From an uncultured bacterium (GTDB taxonomy: Bacteria > Patescibacteriota > JACMRA01): 64,000 bases of DNA. The first letter of the stretch is position 1. Each line of letters begins with the position of its first letter. This document shows, piece after piece, positions 45,701 to 55,270 of the stretch. The translations under genes were made by a program, and so were the position numbers. The stretch covers positions 19,640 through 83,639 of the forward strand of contig CAWAQU010000007.1 in assembly GCA_963784355.1 (NCBI GenBank), written 5' to 3'. The notes beneath the pieces are model-generated. The model made no database searches. It was given only the letters and a program-made list of their open reading frames with translations, and was not told the origin of the DNA.

Positions 45701-47822
45701 TGTAAGCTTGATTTATTCCATCATTACTCTGATCAGATTTTTTTACTAAGGGTACTTGAAAATTAAATTTGCCCTCTTGGTTTGTTTTTATAATGGGAGT
45801 TTGATTATTCCCATAACTATAGCTAATATCAAGATTGTTTACTGGTGTTTCTTCAAAAAAACTGGCTTGTCCTCGAATAGTGGCAGATTCACCGGCAAAA
45901 TAAGCTTTCTTTTCGGGTCCAGCAGTTATTTTATACGAAGGGGCAATAAAGTTTTCTACTCTAAAGTAATTGGATTTAATGAGGTTATTTTGGGAATCAA
46001 AAATGTCTAGAATGTAATTTCCGGTGGTTGCATTATCGATTATAAAGTCAGAATTAAATATATTCTGTTCAGTTTTCAAGTTTTTGCTGATAATTTCAAC
46101 TTTTTTATAACTCATGACGGAATAGTCTTGTTTACTAATCACAGCCTTGATTTCCTCTGAATTTTTTGCGTTTACTCGGTTTTTAAGTACGCCCCAAAAT
46201 TGAATTTTGTCGCTAGGCCTATAAATTGATCTGTCTGAATATAGATGACTCCAATAATCTTGGCTTTGATCGGTTGAGTAAATATTGAGGTTTTCAGTTC
46301 TTGTTTTAATTAAAATAAGTCTTTGATCCTCTGAAGTAATATTATAAAAATATATACTATCTTGAATTTTGGGAAAAATAGCTATACCCTGATCATTAGA
46401 TGTAAAAAACTTATCTGAATTTGCCACTTGGATTTTTGCATTTGCTGCGGGAGATTTGGTAGTTAGATTTTGTAACCAGATTAGATTTTCAGTTTTAGTT
46501 TCCTGTATAAAACCGACTAAATTGGTAATCTGCAAAATTGACTGTACTTTTTTGCCGTTTGATTCCACCTCAAGTAGATAAATACCTTTTTCTAATCCTT
46601 TTGTTGTATCAATATATTGTTCACTAGGTGTTGTTTTGGTAATAGTGTAATTTTGTGAACTTACTTTGTTTAGTTCTGTTGTATTTGGATAGAAAGTAGT
46701 AGGTTGGAAATTTTGCCAGTTATTGAAATTGCTGATGTAATTATTTAAGGTTGTGTTTATTTGTTCTTCAGACTTGAAATTGTAGATACTAACAGTGGTT
46801 TTAAGGTCTTCAAAGGTACTAAAAACCGGTACCACGATTTGCTCTGCAGGTTTGTATTCAATAAATGTATTAATTAAACTAAATTCTTTATACTCCGGAT
46901 CATCATTAATTGTTTGAAACTGAAATAAATAATCTTGAGCTAATTTTCCTGAATTATCTTTAGTAGTCAGCCCTTGTTTGATTTTTACAGTGTATACTGT
47001 ATTTTTCTCCAGATTTTTTGGAATGAAAACTGCTACACGGCCATTTCTTTTAAAAGTGCCTTCAACTTTTGGTGTAATCTCAAAAAACTGATCTATGTCA
47101 TTGTAACTATCTGTGTTAAATACCACTTCAATGCCTGTGTTTGCCGGTACACCATTTACTTTATTTGTAGGTGTAGTACCAAGTATTCTAAATTCATCTT
47201 TTACTTGATAGGCCCAACTCAAATTTTTAGCGCTTGTTACGTCGTTTTTGTCAGGGATTACCTTTAATTCAAACTTAACTACTTCATTGGCAGTTGGTTT
47301 TTGAGTTAGATTTAATTCATAGTTAGTATCACTATTTTTTTTCAGTTCATAGGGTAGGGAAGGAGTAAGTTTCAAATTATCTTTAATCTGTTTTTCAGTT
47401 ATGCTGTTTGCTGAAGTTATTGTATATGTAGAGTTAGAATCAACTCCCAAGTTTGTTTTTGTATTTGGTTTGATTTCGATCTCTTGAGCGCTGGCGTTGA
47501 TTGGAGAGAAAGGATTAATAATATTAGCTAAGTTGTTTGTAATATTTTTACCTGCTCCGGCTTGACTAAGCACTAAGGCAATTAATATTCCGACTACAAC
47601 TAGACTACTTGCAAATCCTAAACCTAACACAATAATTCTATTTGAGAAGAGGGATTTCAAATTTTCTCGGGTTTTTGCAAATATATTTTGGGTTTTCAGA
47701 TTAGTTTTTACAAATTGATTTAGACTGCTTTTCTTAGATTTTAGATAAGATGTATTTTTTTCAAATACAGGTTGCAAGGATTCTTCCTGTAAGTCTTCTC
47801 TATTTGGTAAAAATTTCGACAT
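42762..47822 (-). CDS. membrane-anchored alpha-2-macroglobulin family (MG-domain) giant protein, no thioester motif seen
   Basis: 1686 aa. About 60 aa of cytoplasmic N-terminus plus one TM. FQLPDNLTSWRITYEAI and NISVVDEAIMQY match A2M-family signatures (LPDxLTxWR, VVDEgiL). No CxEQ motif found by eye. Confidence 0.7.
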   Translation of the reverse strand: MSKFLPNREDLQEESLQPVFEKNTSYLKSKKSSLNQFVKTNLKTQNIFAKTRENLKSLFSNRIIVLGLGFASSLVVVGILIALVLSQAGAGKNITNNLANIINPFSPINASAQEIEIKPNTKTNLGVDSNSTYTITSANSITEKQIKDNLKLTPSLPYELKKNSDTNYELNLTQKPTANEVVKFELKVIPDKNDVTSAKNLSWAYQVKDEFRILGTTPTNKVNGVPANTGIEVVFNTDSYNDIDQFFEITPKVEGTFKRNGRVAVFIPKNLEKNTVYTVKIKQGLTTKDNSGKLAQDYLFQFQTINDDPEYKEFSLINTFIEYKPAEQIVVPVFSTFEDLKTTVSIYNFKSEEQINTTLNNYISNFNNWQNFQPTTFYPNTTELNKVSSQNYTITKTTPSEQYIDTTKGLEKGIYLLEVESNGKKVQSILQITNLVGFIQETKTENLIWLQNLTTKSPAANAKIQVANSDKFFTSNDQGIAIFPKIQDSIYFYNITSEDQRLILIKTRTENLNIYSTDQSQDYWSHLYSDRSIYRPSDKIQFWGVLKNRVNAKNSEEIKAVISKQDYSVMSYKKVEIISKNLKTEQNIFNSDFIIDNATTGNYILDIFDSQNNLIKSNYFRVENFIAPSYKITAGPEKKAYFAGESATIRGQASFFEETPVNNLDISYSYGNNQTPIIKTNQEGKFNFQVPLVKKSDQSNDGINQAYITITPALSEEFDSALYQNVLYFDNKTYVDINSEIKQNKGTIKIGLNEIDLSKINNGTAKDDKDFKGVSVANKKVKITLFEYKYERYVSGQYYDLISKKTVNNYSYNRVYVGQKSFSPSTNTEGLINLDFPVDPTHNFDINIETTDKDGSPIEFKRGLYGTVNSGSGYTAKDMIYTLKMEEKKYKIGETAKFKIQPIEGPELIETKQNQFLVSYLQNGQKSYKLQNNPNFELKFEENSVPNMNLLGVYFDGNTFNITGVGNLEFEKESRKLKISVTPDKKEYKPKDTVKLDIDVKNQENNPIEANVNISVVDEAIMQYSPNEPNILEDIYKHLYSGLEFVHASHKVFMSQTGDGGQGNGGGTSLRDKFLDTAIFKQVKADNQGKAKLEFQLPDNLTSWRITYEAITEKLEADSGKININVKQPFFATAVINDIYYENDKPTIKLRGFGTNLPADQSVNFTINSESLNIKNKIVESKGSNPVDFELPNLPIGKHKFNIAAKSGDQVDNLTREINVLSPQITKTEVKYFTPEELQKFKVSDNTKLALTFQNQTSSEYYQRLTELQNQSGDRLDQKLARDISTEFLNRYFTQSAAINSNNDYTLYQNPSNGWAIYPYSSPDLETSVYAIGIGKNKFENETLKSYLNKVITDPNESRERKIIALYGLSKLKDNALNQINEVAGIVDLSPKEQLFTALAFIEAENKEAARKIYTDLLNKYQIKEDRSISLKIGESPDEISYYTLLESLLGAKLNEDQSKNLYRYYLANQPKTNIYYGLELETIESILNYQKPQKVEFNFKQNEQNISKKLENNQSYSIEINSQDLAKLDLKVISGQLGIVTNYQTPIKDITNNKDLNLDLKFYQNDKETNSLNDADLVKVEANYVADQSKIDNSCYEASIYLPAGLKTTSKTPGDAWVYSKEVWYPYSTDNQKTSFCIGKESKGPIVFYARVINKGEFKSPKSTIQSLKTLDSISFSQEKTVKIQ

Positions 47823-47835
47823 ATTTGAGAGATAA

Positions 47836-48516
47836 TTAAATTTTTTGTTGGTTTTTGGTTATATTTGTAGATTCAGTAGAATTAAAAAATGATGGTTTTG
47901 CTGGTAAAGTTGTATTTTGCTCAGTAATATAAACTTCTGTTTCGCTTGAATTTGTTGTGTTTTCGGACTGTTTAAAACTAATCCATAATTCCGTACAGCC
48001 TGACTTTAGCTTAGAAAATGATCTTTTTAGTTTTTGGCGCACTGTTGCTGATTTTAAATTGTATTTTATACCGATTTGGGTACTGTTTTTATTATCAATA
48101 ATCGATTCTGCAACAATATTATAATCTTCACCTGTAAGTTGTTTTTTACAACATTCTATTAGCTGTTGAATTTTGGCTTCATAATGCTCGCTATATTTAT
48201 TTTCATTTTCTTCAACACTTTCAAAATGTGCGTAGTCTTGAGTCTGAAAATCTGTATTTTCTTCAAGTATTACAGTAAAAGGTGAGCGATTTTTGTTATC
48301 TATAAATTTGTATTGTTGATTTTTAGCAGTTTGCCAGATAAATCCCTTTGGATTCTCCACATTTTCGGCTAGGAAAAAAGCGGTAAGAACATTGGAAGTA
48401 AGGTCTTCTACATCTTGCTGATTGTTTAGGCGCCTGTAGAAATATCCATAAACTAAAGGATACCAATAATCCCAAGCCTCACTGATATCTTTTTTTGAAA
48501 TTTCAGAGTCGAGCAT
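47836..48516 (-). CDS. RNA polymerase sigma factor, ECF-like (sigma-70 regions 2 and 4)
   Basis: 226 aa. Region 2-like YPLVYGYFYRRLNNQQDVEDLTSNVLTAFF, region 4-like STQIGIKYNLKSATVRQKLKRSFSKLK. TATAAT (minus strand, 48529-48534) lies 12 nt upstream of the ATG. Confidence 0.7.
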   Translation of the reverse strand: MLDSEISKKDISEAWDYWYPLVYGYFYRRLNNQQDVEDLTSNVLTAFFLAENVENPKGFIWQTAKNQQYKFIDNKNRSPFTVILEENTDFQTQDYAHFESVEENENKYSEHYEAKIQQLIECCKKQLTGEDYNIVAESIIDNKNSTQIGIKYNLKSATVRQKLKRSFSKLKSGCTELWISFKQSENTTNSSETEVYITEQNTTLPAKPSFFNSTESTNITKNQQKI

Positions 48517-48642
48517 ATATACGCTACTATTATAGTACAGAGGTGTTACACAGTAAGTATAGATAGTTTTTAAGGTTATGTAAAATCAGTAGAGGACTCT
48601 AGTTGACAATTTTCATGTATATATGGAAAATAAGGTTAATTT

Positions 48643-51600
48643 ATGCTAAGTTCTGAATTGGAAGTACTGAAATTTTGGAAAGAGTACAATATTTTTGAAA
48701 AATCTCTTGAACAAAGAAAAGGGGCGGATAATTTTGTGTTTCTTGATGGGCCTCCTTTTATTACTGGAATGCCGACTTTCGGACATATTTCTACGGGTTA
48801 TCCGAAAGATATATTTCCTAGATATTGGACTCAAAAAGGCAAAAATGTAGCCCGCAGGTGGGGCTGGGATTGTCATGGCTTACCTATTGAAAACCTGGCT
48901 CAAAAGCAACTAAATATCAAAGATAAAAGACAGATTGATAACGAAATAGGTGTAGATAAATTCAACGAAGTTTGTAGGCAAAATATTATTAGTTTTGATG
49001 CGGAGTGGCGTAGTATTGTAGAGCGAACCGGGCGTTGGGTAGATATGGACTGGCAGTACAGAACTATGGATGTAGATTACATGGAGTCAGTTTGGTGGGG
49101 ACTTGGTCAACTTTGGGAAAAAAACTTGTTGTATAAAGACTATCGCGTGAGCCTATATTCACCATCTATGGGAGCGACACTTTCACACATGGAAATTGCT
49201 GATGATATTAAATATGTAAATGACACTTTGGAGACTCCGGTTGCCAGATTTAAGGTAAAAGAAAATTCCAAAAATAAGTTGATTGATAAAATCATTGAAG
49301 AAGTTTCGTTTAATTTTTCCGAACAGCAAAGATATAGAATGGATATTGAGAAGAGGATTTCTCTCTTAGATAAACTTGATGCAAAAGGTAAAAAGACCAG
49401 TCTAAAAGAATTGCTAAAGGGAGGCAGTAAACCTGAATTTAACGGAATTGAATGGGATAGTTTTAAAACTGATTTGGAAGCTGGGGAAGAATTAAAACAT
49501 TTGAAAGAACAGTATAGTATAATTTTAGAAAATCTGGATACGCTGCAGAAATTGAAAGATATCCTGAGCAAAAATTATGAGATTAGCTTGCTTGCTTGGA
49601 CTACAACACCTTGGACTTTTCCGGCAAATGTAGCTTTGGCTGTAGGGAGTGAAATTGAGTACTCCATGTATTATTTGGGGGCAAGTTCAGAATTAGTAAT
49701 TTTGGCTGAAAATAGAGTAATTCCTATACTTTCCCTAAAACTACACGATGCGATTACAAAATCTCCCGAGTTGGAAAAAGAATTGCAACATGTGACTGAT
49801 AGTAGTGAATATTTTCAAAAGCTAGGTGTAGATATAATAAAAATTGTTAGTTTTACAGGCACTGATCTTGCCGGACTTGAATACAAACCATTGTTTGAAC
49901 CAACTCAGGAAGTAGAATCCTATGAAGAAAAAGAAAATATTTATAGGGTTTATACATCTGAAGTAGTTACAAATATTGAGGGTACTGGTATTTTGCAAAT
50001 CGCACCTGCTTATGGTGGAGAGGATTTTGAAATTAGAAAGCAATATAATTTACCGGTTTTAACTTGTCTTAATGAGTACGGCGAGCTGATGAATAATCTA
50101 AATCCGGACTTGAAGCCTGCTTTTGGTAAAAATTTTGCCGTGGCTAATGATATTATTAACAATATTTTAAACGATAAAGGATTACTATTCACCAAGTTTA
50201 AATTTACTCACAAATATCCTGTATATAATCGAGATGAGAAGAAAGTCTACTATGCTGCCCAGGAAAACTGGTATATCGGCGAAACTAAGTTATTGCCGCA
50301 AAGTTTGGAAGTAAATAAAGATATCAATTGGTATCCTGAGCATTTAAAAGAAGGAAGATTCAAGATAGGACTTGAGAGTGCACCTGACTGGTGTATTTCC
50401 AGAAAAAGATATTGGGGCACACCGTTACCGATTTGGCAGACTAGTGATAAATCCAAAACCATTTTTGTTGATTCTATAGAGAAACTAGCTAAATTTGCAG
50501 TTAATCCAATTTATAAATTGTACAATACAAAAGATTTATTGCCTGATTCTTATGATTTAGGTAAAACTGTAATTGTAAGTGATTCTCATAGCAAATTGCC
50601 ACTTGGAATTACTGCTACTCAGTATCGTAGTAAAAATCTGACTGATTTAAGAAAAGAAAAAACTTTGGAGATCAAAAAATTTGCCGAATACGCACAAAAG
50701 ATTCTTGATGAAGTGCTTGTTTTATTTGAAAAATACCAGATTGTACAGGTATTATTTGATAATGATGAACAGGTATTGTGGACTACATGGCTACTAAGTT
50801 TAAACCCAAATAGCAAAAAAAATCTGAGAAATTTCTATTTTTACAAACAAGTGAGGCAAGACTTGGAAGAATATACCCCGTTCGGAAATATACAACTTTT
50901 AGATCTGCATAGACCTCATATTGATCACATACTTTTAGCTGATGAAGTGGGTAATATCTATACTCGTATTTCAGATGTTATAGATTGCTGGATTGATAGC
51001 GGCTCTGCTCCTTGGGCAAGTTGGCATTATCCTTTTGAAAATAAGGAATTTGTAGAAAAAAATACCCCTGCTGACTATGTTGTAGAGTATGAAGGTCAAA
51101 TTAGAGGGTGGTTTCATGCATTGCATGTTTTATCTACTGCGATTTTCAATAAGCCTGCCTTTAAAAATGTTCATGTTCATGGGACTTTGCTTGGAAATGA
51201 CGGTAAAAAACTCAGTAAATCCAAGAAGAACTTTGATTCCACTCCGGATGTTTTGATGGATAAGGTGGGTAGTGATGCTCTAAGACTATATTTCACTTCC
51301 GGTCCTTATTTTAACGGGGAGACAATCAGCATGAAAGATAAAGATGTAATGACAGTTTTTAGGGATTCCACGCTACTACTATCCAACAGTATAAAATATG
51401 TAGAATATGTACTGGATGTCTATGGAAGAGATAATAATTTACCTAAAACCTATAAACACCCTTTGAATAGGTGGTGGCAGGCCTATGTTCAGGACTACGC
51501 CTTGAAAATTGATAATTACATGGAGAATTATAATATTATTGAAGCTTCCAGATTAATAATTCCATTTGTTAATGATTTCTCTACTTGGTATATTAGAAGA

Positions 51601-52314
51601 TCCAAAGATTTATTAAACACACATGGTGCTGAAATTGCAGCTTGTTTGAAAGAAACATGTAAATTATTTGCAACTATTACAGCTAGTTTACAGCCTTTTA
51701 ATTCAGAAAGAGTCTGGTCGGTTGTAAAAGATAAATATGATCCGATTTCAGTACATTTGACTGACATTTCAGGATTTGAGAAACTTAGTGAAAAACAAGA
51801 GGTTTTACTTAGAAAAATGGGAAGTTTGCGAGAACTTATTAGCCAAATCCACTCAATTAGAAAAGAAAAACAAATTAGAGTCAGACAGCCTTTATATGCA
51901 GACTATAAACAGTTTGATGCAGATCCGGGCCTACTTGAGCTCCTGAAAATGGAATGTAATTTACTTGAAAAAGATTTATCACGAACTGAAGGTGAAATAT
52001 TTGAAGCAAGTAGTGAATTTGGTATATTAAAAATTGATTTGGTAGTTGATAAGGATCTTAGTGTCCTAGGGTTTATTAGGGATTTTGAAAGGTCCGTACA
52101 AGAATTTAGGAAAAAACAAGGTTTTAAACCGGGCCAAATTGTACCTATGAAATGGCAAACAATTGAAGTTGAGGATGATGAAATCTTGCAAAAAGTACTT
52201 AAACAAATTGACTGGAGTAAACTTTGTGTAGAAATAAAGTGGGTTGAAGATTTGAACATTGAACTAAATAAAACATTTGAAGTAAAAGATCTTGTAAAAA
52301 TAATTGTAGATTAA
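48643..52314 (+). CDS. ileS: isoleucine--tRNA ligase with large lineage-specific insertions
   Basis: 1223 aa. HIGH-like PTFGHIST, GWDCHGLPIE, WTTTPWTFPAN (editing domain), KMSKS-like KLSKSKKN. Confidence 0.9.
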   Translation: MLSSELEVLKFWKEYNIFEKSLEQRKGADNFVFLDGPPFITGMPTFGHISTGYPKDIFPRYWTQKGKNVARRWGWDCHGLPIENLAQKQLNIKDKRQIDNEIGVDKFNEVCRQNIISFDAEWRSIVERTGRWVDMDWQYRTMDVDYMESVWWGLGQLWEKNLLYKDYRVSLYSPSMGATLSHMEIADDIKYVNDTLETPVARFKVKENSKNKLIDKIIEEVSFNFSEQQRYRMDIEKRISLLDKLDAKGKKTSLKELLKGGSKPEFNGIEWDSFKTDLEAGEELKHLKEQYSIILENLDTLQKLKDILSKNYEISLLAWTTTPWTFPANVALAVGSEIEYSMYYLGASSELVILAENRVIPILSLKLHDAITKSPELEKELQHVTDSSEYFQKLGVDIIKIVSFTGTDLAGLEYKPLFEPTQEVESYEEKENIYRVYTSEVVTNIEGTGILQIAPAYGGEDFEIRKQYNLPVLTCLNEYGELMNNLNPDLKPAFGKNFAVANDIINNILNDKGLLFTKFKFTHKYPVYNRDEKKVYYAAQENWYIGETKLLPQSLEVNKDINWYPEHLKEGRFKIGLESAPDWCISRKRYWGTPLPIWQTSDKSKTIFVDSIEKLAKFAVNPIYKLYNTKDLLPDSYDLGKTVIVSDSHSKLPLGITATQYRSKNLTDLRKEKTLEIKKFAEYAQKILDEVLVLFEKYQIVQVLFDNDEQVLWTTWLLSLNPNSKKNLRNFYFYKQVRQDLEEYTPFGNIQLLDLHRPHIDHILLADEVGNIYTRISDVIDCWIDSGSAPWASWHYPFENKEFVEKNTPADYVVEYEGQIRGWFHALHVLSTAIFNKPAFKNVHVHGTLLGNDGKKLSKSKKNFDSTPDVLMDKVGSDALRLYFTSGPYFNGETISMKDKDVMTVFRDSTLLLSNSIKYVEYVLDVYGRDNNLPKTYKHPLNRWWQAYVQDYALKIDNYMENYNIIEASRLIIPFVNDFSTWYIRRSKDLLNTHGAEIAACLKETCKLFATITASLQPFNSERVWSVVKDKYDPISVHLTDISGFEKLSEKQEVLLRKMGSLRELISQIHSIRKEKQIRVRQPLYADYKQFDADPGLLELLKMECNLLEKDLSRTEGEIFEASSEFGILKIDLVVDKDLSVLGFIRDFERSVQEFRKKQGFKPGQIVPMKWQTIEVEDDEILQKVLKQIDWSKLCVEIKWVEDLNIELNKTFEVKDLVKIIVD

Positions 52315-52315
52315 T

Positions 52316-53677
52316 ATGCTTAAACCTGTAGTTTTGAAAAATGGTCTAACTGTTCTAAAGTTCCCAAAGCCCGGTAGTAATATATTTTTAACCGGATTTA
52401 TTGCTTCCACCGGATCGGCAATGGAAGAAGGCTATTTCCCTCAAGGTATTAGTCATTTAGTAGAAAGAATGTTTTGGTGCGGCACTGATAAGCATACTTC
52501 CACAAGAAGCTTAAACTTGACTTTGGAAGGGATGGGAGGAAATTTTACCAGCCAAGTCAATCAAGAACTCACCCAATTCTATTTAACTGTTCCCAGTTAT
52601 CACCAGTTTAAAGCAGCTTCAATGTTGGCGGAGTTGATTCAAAGATCATATTTTGATGCTCGTGATTTGGATAGGGAGAAACGGAATATTGTAGAAGAAT
52701 TGAAAGATTTTGAGGAGACTTTAGAAAGCGATCATACCCGTCTTGCATTATCAAACTTGTATGCGAAATACAATTTAGGCTTTCCTATTGAAGGTACAAT
52801 TGATAGTGTGATGTCAATTAGTCATGAGGATGTTCAGGAATACATTGCTCACCAGTATAGACCGGATAAAAGCTTTTTGGTAATTGCTGGAAATTTTGAT
52901 AATAAGTCAATCATGGAATTAATTGAGCAAGAATGGAACTATTGGAATCCAAGGCTAAAAAAACATATTGAGCCATTTGAATTTCATAAAGAGGATATTG
53001 GTGAATTACCCAGAGTAGTGTACCGCCAGAGAGGTTTTGCTCAAACTCAGTTGGTCTTCGGATTTTTACTAGACGAGGGCATGCAATCGCCTGCTTTGGC
53101 TAAGCAAGAAGAAAATCCTTTGAACGTCGATACAAAAGCCATCCTTGATAAAATGTTAATTAAATGGGCCGATTTACTTATCCTAAATACCATATTAGGG
53201 CAAGGTCTGTCTTCCAGATTGTGGGCTAAAGGTGTGGAAGAAGAGCTGTTGTTTAATAAAATTTATAGTGAAGTTGTTAGATTTAGGGCAACAGGATTGT
53301 TACAAATTGCGGGCAGTATTGATAATAGCCAATTTTCGTTTGGACTTGAAAGCATTTTGTCTGTACTTGAAGCTTTGAAAAAAACCACCGTATCAATCAA
53401 CGAGTTATCAAAAGCCAAAGAATATCTAAAAGGTAAACTAATTCTTTCTCATGAGGATTTATTAGGTGCTACGAGCTGGCAAGTGGAAAATTTAATTGGC
53501 TCTGAGTTGACTTTTGAGCTTGACGATTTATTGGAAAAAATTGATAGAGTTGAGGCACCAGCAATCAGATCACTTGCGAGCGATTTATTTACTGCTGAGC
53601 GGATGACAATTACTACTCTTGGTACCGCTAAAGAAACTAGATTGGTAGATAAACTTATCAGGAAGTATTTGGTCTAA
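52316..53677 (+). CDS. M16 (pitrilysin/insulinase) family protein with a degenerate zinc motif
   Basis: 453 aa. GISHLVERMFWCGT aligns with the M16 HxxEH box but reads HLVER. Confidence 0.75.
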   Translation: MLKPVVLKNGLTVLKFPKPGSNIFLTGFIASTGSAMEEGYFPQGISHLVERMFWCGTDKHTSTRSLNLTLEGMGGNFTSQVNQELTQFYLTVPSYHQFKAASMLAELIQRSYFDARDLDREKRNIVEELKDFEETLESDHTRLALSNLYAKYNLGFPIEGTIDSVMSISHEDVQEYIAHQYRPDKSFLVIAGNFDNKSIMELIEQEWNYWNPRLKKHIEPFEFHKEDIGELPRVVYRQRGFAQTQLVFGFLLDEGMQSPALAKQEENPLNVDTKAILDKMLIKWADLLILNTILGQGLSSRLWAKGVEEELLFNKIYSEVVRFRATGLLQIAGSIDNSQFSFGLESILSVLEALKKTTVSINELSKAKEYLKGKLILSHEDLLGATSWQVENLIGSELTFELDDLLEKIDRVEAPAIRSLASDLFTAERMTITTLGTAKETRLVDKLIRKYLV

Positions 53678-53735
53678 GTTTTGCACTAAAATCAAACTAA
53701 CTCTTAATTATAGCATAATTTAATATTTTTGTTAA

Positions 53736-54047
53736 ATGGATAATCCTATATATAAAGCTAAGGTATTAAATATCGTTAAAGATATTGAAGAAGGCCAAGT
53801 CATGACTTACGGTGATGTTGGTAATATGACAGGTATAAATCCTAGGCTTGTAGGCTGGATTTTGTCCGGACTCACGGAAGAAGAGCAGCAAACTTACCCC
53901 TGGCAAAGGGTTGTAGCTAAAGGTGGCTTGATTTCCAGCTTGAAACTAGGTGCTAGGGGACTCCTACAAGTAGAGCTTTTAAAAAAAGAAGGGTTTAAAA
54001 TTGAAGATGGAAGAATACTTAATTTACCAGGAAATTTGTTTGGTTAG
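53736..54047 (+). CDS. alkyltransferase-like protein (ATL/YbaZ; MGMT DNA-binding domain without the catalytic Cys)
   Basis: 103 aa. YGDVG...NPRLVGWIL plus PWQRVV where Ogt/Ada has PCHRV. Confidence 0.8.
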   Translation: MDNPIYKAKVLNIVKDIEEGQVMTYGDVGNMTGINPRLVGWILSGLTEEEQQTYPWQRVVAKGGLISSLKLGARGLLQVELLKKEGFKIEDGRILNLPGNLFG

Positions 54048-54101
54048 TTAACATATTTACAAATTACAGAAATAGTATTTACGTTTATTTTAATAGATAC
54101 T

Positions 54102-55223
54102 ATGCATACAATATTCTTTATAGCAGGCAGGACAGGAGGTCCGTTTTTTCCTTTGCCCTCGGTAATTAAAAATTTGGACAATATCAAGCCGGTTATAATT
54201 GGTATAAAAGGCGGGTTTGAAGAACGTGCTTCACTGCAAAAAGGTTGGAAAATATTGTTTTTACCCGATACTAGGCTCACAATACTAACTTTTAAAAAGG
54301 AAAAACTAAGGGAAACAATAAAAAATTATTTTGAGTTAGCTATTAATATTTGTTTGTTTGGATGGTCAATTTTAAAATCTCTGTATTTCTTGCTGCGATT
54401 TAGTCCGAAAATGATATATTCTACAGGTAGTTTTTTGGCTGTCCCAATGACTTTCGCTGCCAAGTTTACAAATTTTTTGAGACTAACAAATACTAAAATT
54501 GTAGTTCATCAACAAGATCCTTTACCTGGTTTAAGTAACAGATTGACTGTAAAATATGCAGATTTAGTGAGCTGTGTGTTTGATTATACGAAGTCAAAGT
54601 ACCCTCAATTTTCAAATGCGAAGCTGGTACCAAACCCGATTGATACAGAATTATACGATGAAATTGAGAAAAGCTTAACTGTGCAAAATTCAACTCTAAA
54701 AAGTTTTTTAAATAAACCAAGTGATAAACCTCTACTTTTAATATTTGGAGGAGGGAGTGGATCTGAGGACATCAATGTTTGGACAATTAAAAATTTAGAC
54801 AGGCTGCTTACAAAATTTAGGATTATACACTTAACTGGACTTCTACAAAAACTGGTCCTAGAGGAAGTACAGTCAGAGGATTATTTGAGGCTCGAGGCGA
54901 TTTTCGAGGAAATGCCTTATGTAATGAAAAAAGTCGATTTGGTACTTTGTAGGGCAGGGATGGCCTCAATTACAGAGCTCTTATACCTCCAAAAACCAGC
55001 TTTTTTAGTGCCTTTACCACATACACATCAGGAAAAAAATGCTGAAATGGTGAAAGACTATTTTTATATTCTGGATCAAAAAGATAGACCTGAATGGGCG
55101 GACACTATTTTTGAAAACTATCCCAAATTTTTTAGCACAGTGAAATATCTGGATAAGATTAAGGTTGGAAATGAGCTGAAAGAATATTATGGACAGTTGC
55201 AATCTCTTCTTGACAAAAACTAG
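54102..55223 (+). CDS. murG: MurG-like glycosyltransferase (GT28 family)
   Basis: 373 aa. N-terminal GRTGGPFFPLPSV (compare GGTGGHxFP), FGGGSGSE, and CRAGMASITELLYLQKPAFLVPLPH (compare sRAGAxTvxEl...PxilvP). Confidence 0.7.
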   Translation: MHTIFFIAGRTGGPFFPLPSVIKNLDNIKPVIIGIKGGFEERASLQKGWKILFLPDTRLTILTFKKEKLRETIKNYFELAINICLFGWSILKSLYFLLRFSPKMIYSTGSFLAVPMTFAAKFTNFLRLTNTKIVVHQQDPLPGLSNRLTVKYADLVSCVFDYTKSKYPQFSNAKLVPNPIDTELYDEIEKSLTVQNSTLKSFLNKPSDKPLLLIFGGGSGSEDINVWTIKNLDRLLTKFRIIHLTGLLQKLVLEEVQSEDYLRLEAIFEEMPYVMKKVDLVLCRAGMASITELLYLQKPAFLVPLPHTHQEKNAEMVKDYFYILDQKDRPEWADTIFENYPKFFSTVKYLDKIKVGNELKEYYGQLQSLLDKN

Positions 55224-55270
55224 CTTCTGGCAAAGATTTGTAGTATTAATCTTTGGGTTAAAGCATATAT

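Noticed and set aside
49140-52259. Multiple minus-strand ORFs inside ileS (49140-49571, 49822-50043, 50010-50195, 50250-50462, 50619-50816, 51528-51767, 51903-52259)
   Set aside because: Shadow ORFs antisense to IleRS.
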